DNA of 64,000 nucleotides, from positions 1 to 64,000 of the forward strand of contig KZ538044.1 of the NCBI GenBank assembly GCA_000934665.2, given 5' to 3'. Position 1 is the first letter of the stretch. Every line of letters starts with the position of its first letter. The notes under the pieces are model-generated. The model was not told the origin of the DNA. It worked only from the letters and a program-made list of their open reading frames with translations, and ran no database searches. Shown piece after piece: positions 15,310 through 30,594 of this stretch. The translations under genes and the position numbers were made by a program. Origin of the DNA: Catajapyx aquilonaris. Lineage: Eukaryota.

Positions 15310-18300
15310 GTGAGTGCACTCTGCTTAATTTAACCCTGGCACAATGGGGTTCCTCATGAGTCATATTCATTGTTTTGCAATAAGATTAGTGAAGGTTCTG
15401 TGTATGGAGGTCTGAATAGAAGAGGTCCTTACTCACCCCCCCTTCTATACAGAGTAAAAGCAGAAAAAAGAGGGTTAGCAGCTGTCTAGAAGTAGGGGGC
15501 CCAGAGTAGAAGAGGGCACACAATCTGCCGCGTGCCGCTTGTTAGGAACCACAGCTTACTGCAAATTCTCCAAGGGTGAAAGGCTGGCACGTTCATTTTA
15601 GGGAAGGATCTGCTTAGAGTCAAACTCGACTCAGAATTAATTAGTCACGTCCGTTGCCAGTTCCATGATTCGGCGCCATTTTTGGTCGCCCGCGAGACTA
15701 TTTTGGCCTAAAGTTGGGGAAATGTAGTGTCAACTTGGGAGAAGTTAACGCAATTTAAAGAGTTATATGGGACGGCAGTCTAAAAGGGTCTGAAATGGCT
15801 TCAAAACGAATGGTTCTAGTTACGACATGATGTCACGACCTAGAATATATTAAAGTGAGGGCAAGATGCGATATTATGTATATGGCAGAACAAAAAAGAG
15901 GCAGATGTGCAACCTTTCTATTATGCTATTCTCTCATAACCTAACCTAACAGAGCCTGCAGTGGGACAAAAGTGTGGAGTGAGGGGTGAAGGACAATCGG
16001 CTTTGAAAGCACCTGACAAATAATAGGGTTGAATTTTTGAGCAGGTTCGGCTACTATGTGACGTGATGGCAATACAATAGGGGAAAAGCTAATAACAATA
16101 ACTGTCAATTACCACCCTCGTTTTCATTTTCATACGAATTTTAATAATGACATTTCCAGTGCCGGCTTTTTTAAAATACTTGGGCCTATACTACTTGTAA
16201 CCCCATTATACCTTCATATAAACGAGAATCTGAACACAATACTTGTTTCGCTGCATATTGCAGCCTCAAGCCTCAAACATGTGGACTACCTGGAAGGAAA
16301 CCTTTACTAGCCAAAAGCACACCGGAATAATAGAGAATCGATTGATTAACCATACACACAATGATAGACATTCTCCTACTACCTCCCGTTAAGTAAATAT
16401 TTGGCAGTACAAATGCACACCATACCATTTAATATTACATTAGTTCTTTCAGACACCTTTTGTTTCTTGGAAATAAATTCGAGTGTAGGCTATTCATTGA
16501 CAATGAGAACAATAGTCAGCCCCTAATATTAATACAGGAGGCAAGAGGTATAGGTTAGCTAACTTCCAGGATAACTACACCATTTTCTAGTCAATAATTT
16601 TCCATCAGAAGTATGAATATTAGGTGACAGTATTACATGAATATAGTATAGGGTCCAACATCAGCCATGACAAAAAAAGCCTTATCCAGCTGGCATACAT
16701 CACACGTCCGTCCCCAAAAAGAAGGCGTGTGGGACCCACCCACCCGGCTTCCCAGGAAAAGCTGTCCCGATTACCCCGGCGGGTCAAACTCTCCCCATTT
16801 GACACCCGACAGATCGGCACACTCTTGGAATTGCAGGCCCCGACGTAATTTCATGGTGCAGGATTCGACTTTCCGGTTAGGAACCGGGGAAGGGGCGATT
16901 ATTTAAGGCGGAGATTGTGAAGCCTTAAATGAAGGGCTGGGAGCCTCTTTTTCCACCTCCTATTCGCTGTGATAGCAGCGCTAGTGAGAGATTGGGGGCT
17001 CCTAAAACCCGGGGCCCAAATGGGACCCTGGAGAGCTCGATCCATTGCAGCACCGCTTGAAAGCTCACAGGTGTAACTGCGGCACACATTCTCATGCACT
17101 TGCATGCGAGGGTGGGGTAGGTGAGGTGGACTCAACTCCGACGGACCTACCCCACGTCTATTGGATTAGGCTCCTTTCATGGGCACAAACTCGGGGAAAT
17201 ATTAGCCCAAATTAGGCGCAACTTGGAACTACCGATAATACTGCTCTGGTGCTTGCACAATGTCGGCTCTGGGAGTTGGCTCACTACATATTTCATTGGG
17301 GATGGTCAGTATTGTTTCATTCTGACCTGCCCTGCTGCATGGTATACGGAGGGTTAAAACCAGCCGGTTCGTTTGGGGATATTGTAATCATTTACTGGAT
17401 AGCTGCATTTTTTTTGACAGACCTGCTGGTTATCATCTGTAAAGGGAGGTGCTTTGTTCTACAGTGCTACAAAAATAGGGCACATTTTTAAAATGAATAA
17501 TTCAGGCGGTGTTATAATGCTTGTTAAATATTCTCTGTGCAAGTGACAGCGGAGTATGCATATTAGGAACACGTTTCGTGCATAGTTTCGCATAGTTGAC
17601 TGCGAGGTACAGAGCTCAGTTTGATTGTTGCTTACTTACCACCAGTGCATATGGCACCTCCCACGCATATGCTGATTGTAACTCTAACTATAAAGCCAAA
17701 ACTCACACCGCTTCACTTCCCAGCGGTATAATTTGGTGGCTTAATAACAGCCCGATCAAAGTGTGAATCCAAACCATGACGGATAATTTGAAGTGACTTT
17801 GACCATGACCGACATGGTTCGTAGACCGCTTATCAATACAAGTGCAGAGGGTACCCACGCCTTGCTCTTGTATTCCTCCACGGTGGAATGAGCCTGCTCC
17901 ACTGATGCAGCAGTAGAAGGACAGGAAGGAGGCACAAAATGGCCTGATTAACTCCCGGTTACAAGAACAATTCTGGGGGCCATAGTTTGGAGTGTAGAGA
18001 TCCCTTTGAGAGAGGGCGCATCTGCAGGAAATTGTTCGGATAGGGGTGGTCCAATCAGAAACATAATCACGCTGCTAATGACTAAGAGAGGGGGAGATGA
18101 ATGCGGGAGGGGCGTTTTAGTTGATCATGCTTTTGACACCAAAGTTGCATCCAACTCGATTGCATCAAAGTGAGAGGTATCATTTGGGCGTCACTCGCCA
18201 GGCCATGGAGCTGCAATAATGCACCGTTATTTTCTCAACAACTTCATACAAAGATTATCGAGGCAGCAAGTGTGTAGGAGGCTAAACTTGGTAATTACCG

Positions 18301-19813
18301 CGGGCCAGGCCACTAATTGGGCTTTTTAGTGATTAATGGTCAGTAATGAATATGTAAAAGTTGAAAACGCGGGCTCGCCTGCAGCCTGATAAAAAAAAGG
18401 GACGGCTCTAGCTCTTGGAGGGTCGCGAAATTGAAGGTTACACTGTGTTACCACCTTTCCAAAATGCTACCATTTGCAGCGTAACTGGAGTAATTACATG
18501 GGAGAAGTTGGAGGTAATGAGCTGATCATAAACTAGGTTGCATAAACAAAAAAAAGTGACGTGCATTGCGGCGTTTGGATCTTTTGCTGTGCAGGTACAG
18601 AACAAATTTACGTTGAGCGTAGTTGCTATTTTAAAATCGCATGATAAAGAACCCGAGTGGTATGAGTTATTTAAAAAAGGATGCATTATGCAAGTTCATG
18701 AATAGAAACTGACATTTTAAAATTTAGTGGAGGTACAGTATAGTGTGCATTACGTTTGCACGTTAAGCATGATAATGCCGTGTGAATATGAGCCTACTTT
18801 AACGCGTGAGATAAAGGCTACTTGAGCTACGTTAGCCATGCTAGTCTGCGAGCACACTACCCTACTGGTAAGGTAAATTTAAAACCAACATCACTAAAGT
18901 GCTACGAGGGACGTAAGCGCACCTATTAGAGAATACTCGCTGCCTCTAATGCAGTATTAACTTATCTGAGAACACACTCTCATGTTGGAGAAAGTAATTT
19001 TTAAAAATTTCGACTGTCAATGACATAATTATAAATACATTGCCATTAAAATATTGAAGCTCTGTAAATGGTTACAGAAGTTACATAATCTGAATATTAT
19101 TATTTAACAATTATGATACGGTGCAGTTGCACTACAGGCCAGGATGCAGGATGCACTGTGGTCATACACATTGCATTGAGGAAATGCCAGATTACTACCT
19201 AACAATGCGAAGTCCACGGCCATGGACTGGTTTTAACGTGGCGTGGCGGCGGGCTCGGCCTATAATTCGGGAACGCCACCGCTCGTTAGGCTTGTCGCTG
19301 TCGTCTCCAACAAATGGCGTGGGTTAAGCAGCGTTCCGGTAACCAATCGGAAGACAATTATCAGGCAGAGTTCTTGGGGACAAGCACTGCCATTAGTAAT
19401 GGGGCGGGTTTTAATTCCCGGCAGCAACAAATTGGACTCACTTGATTGGTGGGTCGCGGCTGGGAAGTTGGCGCCGGTCGCCCCGGGGCAGGAAGCCCCA
19501 AGGGCCATTTGACCCTTTGGCATGCAGTAATGGATCGCCAGGGGCAATGCCATTCTACTCCGACCCCAATTGGGATCCCGCAGAGTTGCGGCGTCTTTTG
19601 CACTCGCTGGGAGGTAAATGGAGTTTGACACTTTTGCAATCCTGCAAAAGGAGGGCTGGATGCTCCAAATGTAATTATTTCCCAAGATTGTTTTACCTTT
19701 TCCAATCTCAGCGTGTCGTACATAGCCTATGAGAAGGCAATGAGCTATTTCACTGCAACAAAAGAAGTTTTTAATTACATATTATTATTATTATTCGTTA
19801 AGGACTGGGGCGG

Positions 19814-19816
<3 letters not shown>

Positions 19817-19872
<56 letters not shown>

Positions 19873-20155
19873 CGACACCGCCCCGATCAGTATTGTAGAA
19901 GCAACATTGCACCTAATCCTAATTTTGGAACCTAAACATTTTGGTTTTTTCCCCGACCCCTTGCGAGCCCTCATGCTGAGCTTATTCACTGGGGTTTTAG
20001 GGAGTATCAGGAAACGGGAGAATCCCAGTAAAACCTGCACAATAAAGTAGCAGGACAAATCCCCTAAAACTCACCCGTGCATATGGAAAATCCTCTGCTG
20101 AGAATCGAACTCGCAACAGTGAAGGCGGATGGCCCAAGCATCACCCATAGAGCCT
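19817..20155 (-). mobile_element. tRNA-derived SINE with (ATT)n tail
   Basis: On -: B-box GAGTTCGATTC (~20102-20112), then GGTTTTACTGGGATTCTCCCGTTTCC (~20010-20035), similar to the common SINE core. Ends in the (ATT)18 run at 19818-19871. Confidence 0.5.
19818..19871. repeat. (AAT)18 microsatellite
   Basis: Perfect trinucleotide run read directly. Confidence 0.95.
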
Positions 20156-23100
20156 GTGACCATCGGACACCTTTGTTCCGTTTAAGTCATCCGCTAAACC
20201 CATGTAATCTGATACTGCAGATTGTAACGACAGAAACTACCAATAACCGCTTACCACGAGTGGTGAAATATATAGTAGTAGGGCAAATTAATGTAGACTG
20301 TCTGTTGTATCCATAAAGCCGATATCTACTGGCCGTGTATACAGGATATAAAGCAACAATTTTTTGCATACTGTGGGCCAAAGTACAACCTACAGAAATT
20401 TTAAATAACGCTCGAAATAATATTAACGCTTCATTTAACAAGGTATACTGTACATGGCGTACCCGTATATCAGGCACTGCTCTACAAGGCAGGCCTAAAG
20501 GGTATATACTCTACCTTTCATAATTTAGCTTACATGCGATCGGCAGAAATGTCACCTACGCACACAATAAAGGCACGGACAAGATGTCTTGGTCAGTAAA
20601 ATCGTGTCATTTGGATTCCTATAATAAGTAACACGATTGCATATCACGCCCGTGCTTTGACTGTCAACGCCGAAACCTTACACGCAGGCATACCGTACAT
20701 GTCAAGAAACTAACTCTAAAGATTAGACACTATGCACATTTCACAAGCAATGAGCTGTGTCGAATATTACTGTAACTTAATATTATACCTTGAAGCTACG
20801 ATTCGTCTATATATTCGACACTGCAAACGATTCCATCACGGAGCAGCCTGGTGTATGAAATTCCGCGAAAATAACATATCAAGCGCATTTTCGACGTCGT
20901 CACGTTCCAATCAATTTTCTTCATATTTCCAGCCGCTGCGAGATTTAAAGTTGGCGTGCAAATAATCAGCCAGACATCTCGGCCAGGTATCACGTTATTG
21001 GTGCAATATACCCATAATAATATTGTCGGGCGGCATTGTGTGCCCGACGATTTTACTGCAGAGAGCCCGATAATATGAAGGATGAAAAAAATGCCGAAAA
21101 AAAAACGTAATTGATCAGTATATGCCCACAACTTTACTACCAAAACACACGGCGCTGAAAGAAAGTCCTCCGATATCAAATCCGTCAAAACGGTACATAA
21201 TTCCGGCAGCTAATCACAGTGGTGTTTGCAATCCACTGCCCCACTATTTTTCCACTCCTTTTTATGCCAATAATCGGCCTGGACCCAGAATTAGTAGTCA
21301 GCTAAATATTATGATTGGTAATGAGTGGTTGAGCCAGGCCGCGTTTTTTGTCCGGCTGATTTGTTTCATATTTTTGCCCACTTGTCACACTTTGTACGCG
21401 CGAATTCCAAATGGGACTCGAGCATTTTAGCATTGATTCAACTTCATCAGAGCTTGTTATGGATTCTGTTGGGCAAACAGTTGCTCAATTGAATCCCACT
21501 GGGTTGGGTGCCGCCCTACCCATCCCCAATATATTTTTTCTTTTACCAAACACACTTTTCCATCACGCTGAGAACACTATTTTGGATATATGGGAGGGTT
21601 GCCTAATGACATATGGGAATTTGATTAATCAAGTGGTCGCTGATTTCTTCTTTTCCAGTGGGATTTCGAGGGGCTGTCATGAAACGAATATAAAGTGGGC
21701 CGCCAATATGACACTGGTTTCAATTCGGTCAGTCATTTTACATCAGGATGTGACACCATTGTCCATTTGGATAATTCGCCCCACAGTAATGACAAAAAAC
21801 ATGGCGTTTTTAAACGTTCCTGGTCATTATTTTGTCATTTGTTATTACAACGCTTTGAAACAGAGTCAAACAAAAGAGGAACGTGATCCCAGAGCTTTTC
21901 ATATCCTGGCTCCATTTTCTTTTTTTCTGTGGCGACACGCGTTGTAGACCGGCTTAAATTTGCAGTGTTGATGTCATATACGTGATCCGGGGTGGGCCAT
22001 GATACGGATGCAGAAAGGGTGACCATGAGGGGGCCATGGGGTGTTCAGCATAGGGGGAAAAGAGAAGGACCGGTTTCCCCCCTTTCAGATGTTGTCCGGA
22101 TGGATGGATGGATCCGGGAACAATCATTCAAAAGAGGAGGGCGGAGGGGGACCGGATGGCTTCCCTGCTGCATTGTTGCCACCTCTTCCGTCAGGACATT
22201 TCGATTCGTATGCAGACAAGTTTCATCTTGCATCTAAGTGCTTGCTGGGGGTGATATAGGGCCATTGGTTGCACTTCCTGGTCTGGCCATTCGGATGTAA
22301 TGCGGTGGGTCAATACGGAGTTGGGCGTCACTTGTTTACAATTGATTGTCATGCCTTGTTGGATGCTAGGAGCGACGAGCCGACGATGCTCCTCAGAGTT
22401 GGTTCTGTACGTGTCATGGTTCTAACACCTAAGATAGGCTTATTGCATTGAATGTGCATGGGTGCTCCTTTTGATTTCGTCCAAAGTTAGCTTTTAGCAG
22501 ATGTCCTAGGCAACAGTCAACAGATGTGGCAAAAATCTGTCTCTCCGGACTTAATCCGCACCTTTTGAAAAAAAAATGAAATCAAATTGCGTCCCTTCTG
22601 TTTGCAAAGTTTACCGCGGTGAACCGGAGCAAAATATTTAAAAAAACAGGTCCCGTGCTGTTTCGTAGGAATTGCGTGTAGTAGGCTCCTACAGTAAGTT
22701 CAAAATTACTTGAAGGCTAACTGAATTCACAATATGAATACTTTCCCCTGTACATTACAAGATTTCAGGAAAACAATGGAAAGTATAGGCCCACTAGATA
22801 TTTCTACTTCTGTTCACTGGACCTGACAAATATTGCATTCAAAAAAGTAATGCCTTGCTGTATAGTATAGGCGAAATCATACGCATTAAATATTGCGTAC
22901 GATAATTATGCAGTCTATATGTATGCATATAAAATAATATTGCACTCCTCTATCTCTGCTGCTGGTACTGATACATTGGTGATGAAAATACACCTCTCTC
23001 CACAAGAGTAAAGGCAATGGACAAGCTTTCATTTGGACCCTTCATTAATCACGCGCGACTGTCTTGTGTGGTGTCGTCTTAACCTAAATATTCTTAGTAG

Positions 23101-26100
23101 AAAGACTAGCACCTCAAGAACGATGTTATTCCAATATGACCTCAAAAATAAGCCCACACTTACCAACTTCGTGTCACACGCACATGAAATTTTAAATCCA
23201 GCCGGCAAGAACAGAAAATATCAAAAAATAGTAATTTGGCTAGGGCCTCCTACAGGGAAGCCCCCTCCCCCAATCAGATTATAAATCCTCATACACATTA
23301 GTCACAAGGCCATAAAGAGTGACACGTGAAACCAGATTATATGGGAACGAGTACTTCCTAAAATCGCTATTGATAAATTACGAAAATTGTCTTTAAGCAT
23401 CTCTTTACTTCACTTCATCACCTCTCGCCTACGACAACCTCGATAGGCCCTATCTTTTAATTACATCGCATTATAAAATGAAGTATTGTGCCTAATGCCA
23501 AGCGGAAATATTACGAACAATAATCGATCGACGTGACGATGAGGTCCGTAACTGGAGCGGAATCAGATTTTCTTCCTTCTCAAGTCAAAGAGTTTCCATG
23601 AAGATTCATTAGCAGAATTCTAGTAGGTAACCCACCGTCTCTCCACATCCGGATTGAGAACATGGCAAGAAATTTGTGAAGCCCTCCCCAAGTGATGATT
23701 CCCACTTCCTTCGTCTCGATAAAGCGTTTTCTGGTGTGGAAAAGATCCTCTGGAGTTGAATTCCCTACGCGTTTCCTCTTGTGGACTGTTTCCTGCGATT
23801 CCAAGCGTAAAGTGCAACCCGGACGCTTTCCGCCCGGATTCGGTTCCGTTCTCCACGCTTGATTTAGCCCTTGTGGGAGGGAAAAGGGGAAGGCACCCAT
23901 TCACGCTGCTGCTCCTGAGGAAAAAAAAAAAAAGGTGAGCTAAACGTGAGCTGGCAACGGTGATTCACTCACATTGCCAGGAGCAGAAGTATTATCCCAC
24001 CCCACAGATGGATAGATTACCACTCGACCTGGTTTTCTGCTCAAAAATATTCCTTGCTGTTGGCATCACTCTTGTTGAGGATTTTGTGTCAACAGTGTGG
24101 GAGCCATAGCCCTGGAGGGGTGTATATACGTCGCGTGGTGTCTTCTTGGCAGATGTCGACTCCACCCAGGTTTTCAGGGTATCTGCATAGTCACGGGAGG
24201 AATGGCGGGTGGTATATCCTTCGCGTGTGTATGTGCCTTAATGAGAGGAATTATATTCTGTAAGGAAATACCACGGTTGGAATAAAATTTTGCAAGAAAC
24301 TTTGAAGTTGCTTTATATATAAAATATTTCTGCCATAAGTATCAGCCGAAAAGTACAAAAAAAAGTCATTATAAAGAGATTGAGATGTACCATCTTACGA
24401 AAAATGGCATTACGGACTGAGCAAAAAAATATGTTGTAGTAAGGGGATTGAAAAAGTTTTTTTTTTGAATTCCCCTTAGGAAATTTAAAGGGGGATTTTA
24501 AAAGTTGCTTTCTTTTCTGAAACTGATGCAGATTTGTTAAAAAACGTTTGAGATTTTAGCATCAGAGACCTATTTAAATCATTTATATACAGTACTTAAA
24601 ACAATGCCTGCAAGTACTAAAATAAGTGACATTTACAGCAATAAAAAATCAGGGCCTGCTCGGAACAACATATTCTTCCATTTTTAGACCAAATTTGGGA
24701 AAAGTGACAGTTACAATAATATAGTCTGCAAGCTGAGTTTTTACATATGAACTGTGGGGTTGCATAAATTCGCATTTTGATACGATTCGTGGCCGTCATG
24801 AATTTTTCAAACCCTGTTATTAACACGCCTCATTATGTGAGTTATCAGCGTGTTAAAAGGCTATATTACTACCACTGCGCACGCCATTAATTACTCCCGC
24901 GTGTAAAATTGTCAGTAAATAATGGGACGGAAATGAATGGATGATGTAGGGATGAAAGTGAGCACTTTTTATTCCGACCATGTACAACAACAAACTTGTG
25001 TCAGAATCTCTGAAGTGAACCGGAAGTAAATAAGCCCTCAAATTGTCTATTATGTTTGCCCTTTTCATTCTCAAAAAGAAGCCCAAAAAAACTGCAAGTC
25101 CTCCAAAGTTGAAACATTGTCTGCCGAGCCAACTTTAGGCCAGTTTTGATGAAAAGCCAGCGGGAGACACTCTTGACCTCAGTTCTTTCTCTCTATTAGT
25201 CTCGAGATTGAGGTTGTGGTTATTTCAGCTCATATTTTTCTGACTATATACTGAACGTCTTATTGTTTTCCCATATAAGGGCAGATACTGAAGCGGTGAC
25301 TGTACACAGGAAATCTTTTGGCAGAATATCGAGCTACTGTATGCTTTTAAGATTCTGAATACACACTATATTTTTTGCTATGACGTGCTTTTATTTATTC
25401 AGTTTTGCATTACAGTACTTCTCATATGCTATCCAAGAAGGTGAGTGGCATGTTTGCCCACACCTCAAGAATTGTTAAGGAGGTGACAGAAGGTGTGAGC
25501 ATTGGGGCCTTCCGTCAGACGCCAAGTTACAAAAAAAAACGGGTAAAAAAATTACCTTTCCCGACCTTGTCACATTCCGTCAAAAGAAGCCGTTCGTCCC
25601 TGGAAAAAGCGTGCGGCGCCCTTTAATGTTTGTCCCGGTTAGGGTTTTTGATGTGAGGCCTAGTCGAATGGGTCCCAATCCTTCCTCCTTTGTAGCTTGC
25701 CCCAATTCTCGCCGCCATTAAGCTGATTGGCCAATCGTTTCATCCAATTAAATTCCTCTCATGCCAAATAGGTCTCATTGTAAAGCTGTCCTTTGGGGGA
25801 CGGGAAGCCAAAGCCATTTGTCCACCGCTGTCTATTTGCTATTAATGAGTGGGATCGACTCTTAGGCCTTCCTTTTCCCTAGGCCGGACTTGCATGGGTT
25901 ACCGCAAAAAATAGTGGCGGACGTAATAAGTATGTCAGAGAGAACATTTATGCTGGGCTCGGCCGAATGTGCCGTGCAGGACACATTATGAGATTATGTG
26001 TGCGAATAATCCTTCCACACCCTGTCTCACTGGGCATGTCGCTGCATTTTGTAGTGTGTCTCATGGGACGTCCTAATTAAAACGTAAGGCCTAGCGTTGA

Positions 26101-29100
26101 CATGTATATGTTACAAGTGACTTAACACGTCAAGTCACGTTAGGCTGCCTCCTACTATTTTTTGCCACATTAAAAAGTTGGCATGGTGAAAACAGCGGTT
26201 GAACATCGAGGATGACTCAAATAATGATAAGTCACAAAACATGTAGAACTTGCAGTCTGGTTCCACATTGTAGTTGGTATGCATTTCAGGCTGCTTTAAA
26301 AGTCCTGGGGACGTGCCGGGTATTTTCAATACCCGGCGACGTCGAGAGGAATATTTTTGCGTCAAATTGCAAGCCTTTGAGTGTAGCATGAAAATCTGTG
26401 ACGAAAATATTTTTCGAGTGGCGCAGTCATTCCATGAATGTTGTATGAAGCGCGAAGTAAATCACCCGCTTCATTACTGATTTTCCTCACCCCGAGCCTC
26501 TTCGCTATTCAGCACTTATCTTTCTTTCGGAGGGTGCATTTGATGCAACTGAATCGCCATCAACCGGAAAAAGCAGTCATTATCTCCCGGGGTTGTAGCC
26601 GTAGTAATCTTCCTCTCTTGGTAAGATTGGCCCCTGGCAGCAAATTCTCACGGAACATTTAACCCGGTTCCAAATAGGTGTTAGAGGGGGATGGCATGAG
26701 GGTATAAAACCCCCCCTTCGAAAACGCCCTTGATTCATCGTCTCTGCTGGTTTTCTGGGGAACCGCCGAAACGCCAACGCCGCCTGGCGGTCGCGTGATC
26801 CCCTAGCTCTAAGAGGAAAAATGGCCGCCGTCGAATTCTCACGCCTCACCTCCCAAGTTATGTGCCAAATTAGACTAGTTTCGGCGGAGAGTTATGCACC
26901 ATTAAATGCACGGTGCAGGACCTAACGGGTGGCACGATGAATTAGTGCCAGGGTTTTCTTGCTGAAATTATTCTGCAGGCTGTTAGGAAATCACCGAGGT
27001 TGTGCGGTAAAAAACGGAAGGAAAATTAAGGAATATAGTACGACATGCAAGGGTTCATCACTAAAGCAGGGCTATTTTAAAGGACACCTGCTTATCCAGC
27101 TGTTGCTTGGGAGAGTCAGACAGTAACATAGCCGTGTATACTTCCCTAAATGCCGAAAAATGTCGGTTTTTTTTCCTCGTCAGGCCTATGCGGAACCATT
27201 TATCACCGATGCCGCAACTGCACCGCCTGGCCTTTTTTATTATATATCCGACAAGAAAATCTATGGAAGCGCGATGACACCCGACGTCACAGAAGGGACA
27301 TTTCTCCACACAACCGGAGACATATTCACCCGCTCTAAGCTTTCTTGCCGTGGGCTTATTCTTCTGACGAAATTTTACAGAGTAGAACATATTGGTGCAC
27401 TCGTACTTTATGACACTGCGTCGTAAACAGTTTTATTGTGATGCACGTTGCACCAATATTGGGAGTTTTGATGTGTATGGAGTAAGATTGTGTAATGCAA
27501 TGCAGCAATATCGTCTAAGCGGTCCTGGTCATAAAGATGATTAATGAAATTGCACAGTTCATATATAAGTAAGTATTGACGGTTTAATGTAAGACGGATG
27601 CAACATGCCTTTGAAAATATTATTATAATTTAAATAATTTTGCCTGTGGCTTTTGAATAGTTTCAACCTCTTATCCAGCAAGATTTACAGTTGCATCATA
27701 ATCAAAAAATTAAGTTGTGACACTTCTGATCGATAATCGGTTGCACCCACCCCTCCAACATGGAATGTAAACAGCCATAGCAACTTTGGGCATTTCTCCC
27801 CTTATCTATTGGATCCGGAGCAATTAATTTCGGCCAGTTGAGTATAGGTTTAGAAGCCATATAAATCAGAGGCCTGTGTGACCCCTAGGGGGTCACATTG
27901 AGAGGGGCAGGCGAGGGGAATTTAGCGCAACCTTGGTCATGTCCCAAGTCGTTCCAGCAGTTTCGATTAGTCCGGGGCCAGTATCCGGGCTCATCTCGCC
28001 TTGCCAAACCTTTTCCGGGCAAGCAGCCAGCACTTATCGCCCACCAGGAAACGGTTGCCCAAATTTGCTGGACGTGTTCGCTTTCAAGCCGCGGCAAAAC
28101 CGTTTGAAACTATACACTCTCAACACCCTTCATTTTCAGGAATATCATGGACCCAGCCCCTTTTGTGCCAATTGACCGATGGACTCAATCATTGTTCTCC
28201 TTTTTTTCAGTTATCTAACTATTCCGACATTGGTTTTCGATTGGACCATTTCCCGTGCGAAATGGGAAGAATAGCGGAAATGTGCGATTTTTTTTTCTAA
28301 ATTTTGAACTGTCCACTTTTTTTCGGTTCTCCAGAGGGGAAATCCCAAGTCCTTGTTGGTAGGAAGCTCTTCTTCATCCTTTCTGCTCTGAAAAATCCTC
28401 CCAACCGATCGCCCACAATCTCCTTTATTTATCCCCGTCCCGCTTTTTCCGGATAAGGTTCCGCCAACCCGACTTCTTTTCGGGTTTTTTTTTCGCCATC
28501 CGGTTCCTATAGGCGCAATTTCTCAGCCTGCATTGCCGCAAATCCAATCGATGCACTATTTTTGGGGTGGGCCTATATGGTGGAATGAAATGCCACCGAT
28601 TAAGAGGGTGGGCGATTGATTTGGTTGGGATTTTTCATTTGGATCCGCCCACTGAATTTGCTATGTAACATGGGGCTTAGTTGGGGATCCTCTTTGATGT
28701 GATGGGTTTATTTTCATTTATCACTGCTACTGCTCTCACAGTTTATCACTCACTAATTTACTTCATTAATTTTGTACGGCCTTTGAAGTTATTTAGCTGT
28801 TGAATGGTTTGCTGAGTTCTTGCATCAACATCATTAGGCCGAATGACTTATTGTTTGCTAGGTTGAATTAACAAGTACTAAACATCATTAACGGTGTATT
28901 CTATCAACGCGAAGTTTAGACAGATTTTCAGGATTATGATTGTGAGGGACATCAAATTAATCGTTAAAGAATGAGCCATACAGATCCATAGACTATGTTC
29001 AATTAGCTTTTTCATACAGCTTAAGCCAAACAAGTCGTTTGTCACCAGCAATGTAAGTAGTTATTATTAGTTCTCTTCTGACAGTGAGTGTAGTCAATTA

Positions 29101-30564
29101 CAATTAAAGTAGTTGTTTTGATATGATTGCATGATACCGCATCGTACAACTTGACAATCGCGACAGAATGACACGTAAATGAGATGAAGCGAAGGAAAAA
29201 GTGGAACATTGGATGTGGGGTGAAATGGAGGGGGATCCAAGAAAAGGCAGCATGAAAAGGAAATAGAATGTCCAACAAGAAACTGATGATAATTATACAC
29301 CTGCCAGATTCATGCCATTTATTTCTGATGCCTTTCCCCCTTCCGTCCTCTATACACTTATACCTCCCCTCTTCCTCTTGATTTATCAATATCCTAAGCT
29401 CTTCAGCGACCAAAAGTGCATGTTACTTGAAAACGTTGAAAATGAATTAATATTAACTTAGGCAAAATTAAATGCGTATTGATTGTCGATATGGAACTTC
29501 CTGCACAGTGTTTATAAAATAAAGGAGGTCAAAGAAGACGTCACTAGATTGGAGACGCAACACGTCGGATCACAGAGTTGTCTGGCTCCAGCTCTGGAAG
29601 CTCAGATGTTATTAGTTCTGGTTTAGGAGTTGCTGTTCTCCTTCTGAAGTTTGAACTAAGAGCGCAGAAAATATAGTCTCTTCACTCACAGCAGCTGTAA
29701 TGGTGAAAGCAGGATTACAGTATATATTGAACACATTGCATTGACGACCAAAGAAGCAATTGTACTACAGTCCCTGTCTTTTTTTTGAGAGAGGGGGAGC
29801 TGTTAAAGCCTGTGTGACTTTCTGCAGCACGAACAAAATATTTTGTTAGTAGAATTCTAGGGGAAAAGGCGTAATTTTCTCACTGGGAAGTCCATCATCC
29901 GAGTAGTACATCTTTCCCAGAATTTTTGAAATTATTATTACTTGTATTCCTACCATTCACGCTTGTATCACTTCTATAGCGTGATCATGGTAGCGTAGAC
30001 TCAGAATACGTCTTCCCGAAGCTTTTTCACACTACACGTATACACTACACTTGCATAATTATACTGCATACAATGCACTATGCATAAACAAAGTGTCCTC
30101 AGCATTGCAATTTTTATTACAGTAAACCGTCGCACTATGTGCACTTGCTTGTAAATGTCTGTAATGGAGTAAGCTATTAATATTAACTGAAGCAAAACCA
30201 CCCTGCGACATAACCGGCACCGAATGTGATTCACGCCGTTACATCAAGCCACCAAAAAATGCCCCATAAAACATTATGGGTATAGGCCACCATCGTTTTC
30301 ACAGCCACCCTGAAAAGCCTATTTTCACTGAAAGTACTCCCATCCCAACAATTAAAGCAATACATCACCCCCACTAATAGTTACAACTTGAAAAAAAAAA
30401 CGCATAGAAATCAACCAGCTAAATATTTGATACCACCCTGGTTTAGAATCCCAAAGCGGCTTAAAATGTCCGAATCTGTATTACAATTCCACAGGCATGC
30501 AAATTCGACTACTAAGTTCCGTCGAAGATATGTGGTTTGGAGCTAAAAGGAGCGGAAGGTGGAT

Positions 30565-30594
30565 GGGGGGGGGGGGGGNNNNNNNNNNNNNNNN
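30565..30594. other. Poly-G tract adjoining an assembly gap (Ns)
   Basis: Run of G followed by 16 N. Confidence 0.9.

Noticed and set aside
3805..16530. Exact 15-mer TCAGCCCCTAATATT shared by globin exon 4 (3805-3819) and 16516-16530
   Set aside because: A few 15-mer matches are expected by chance in a 64-kb self-comparison, and the flanks do not align.
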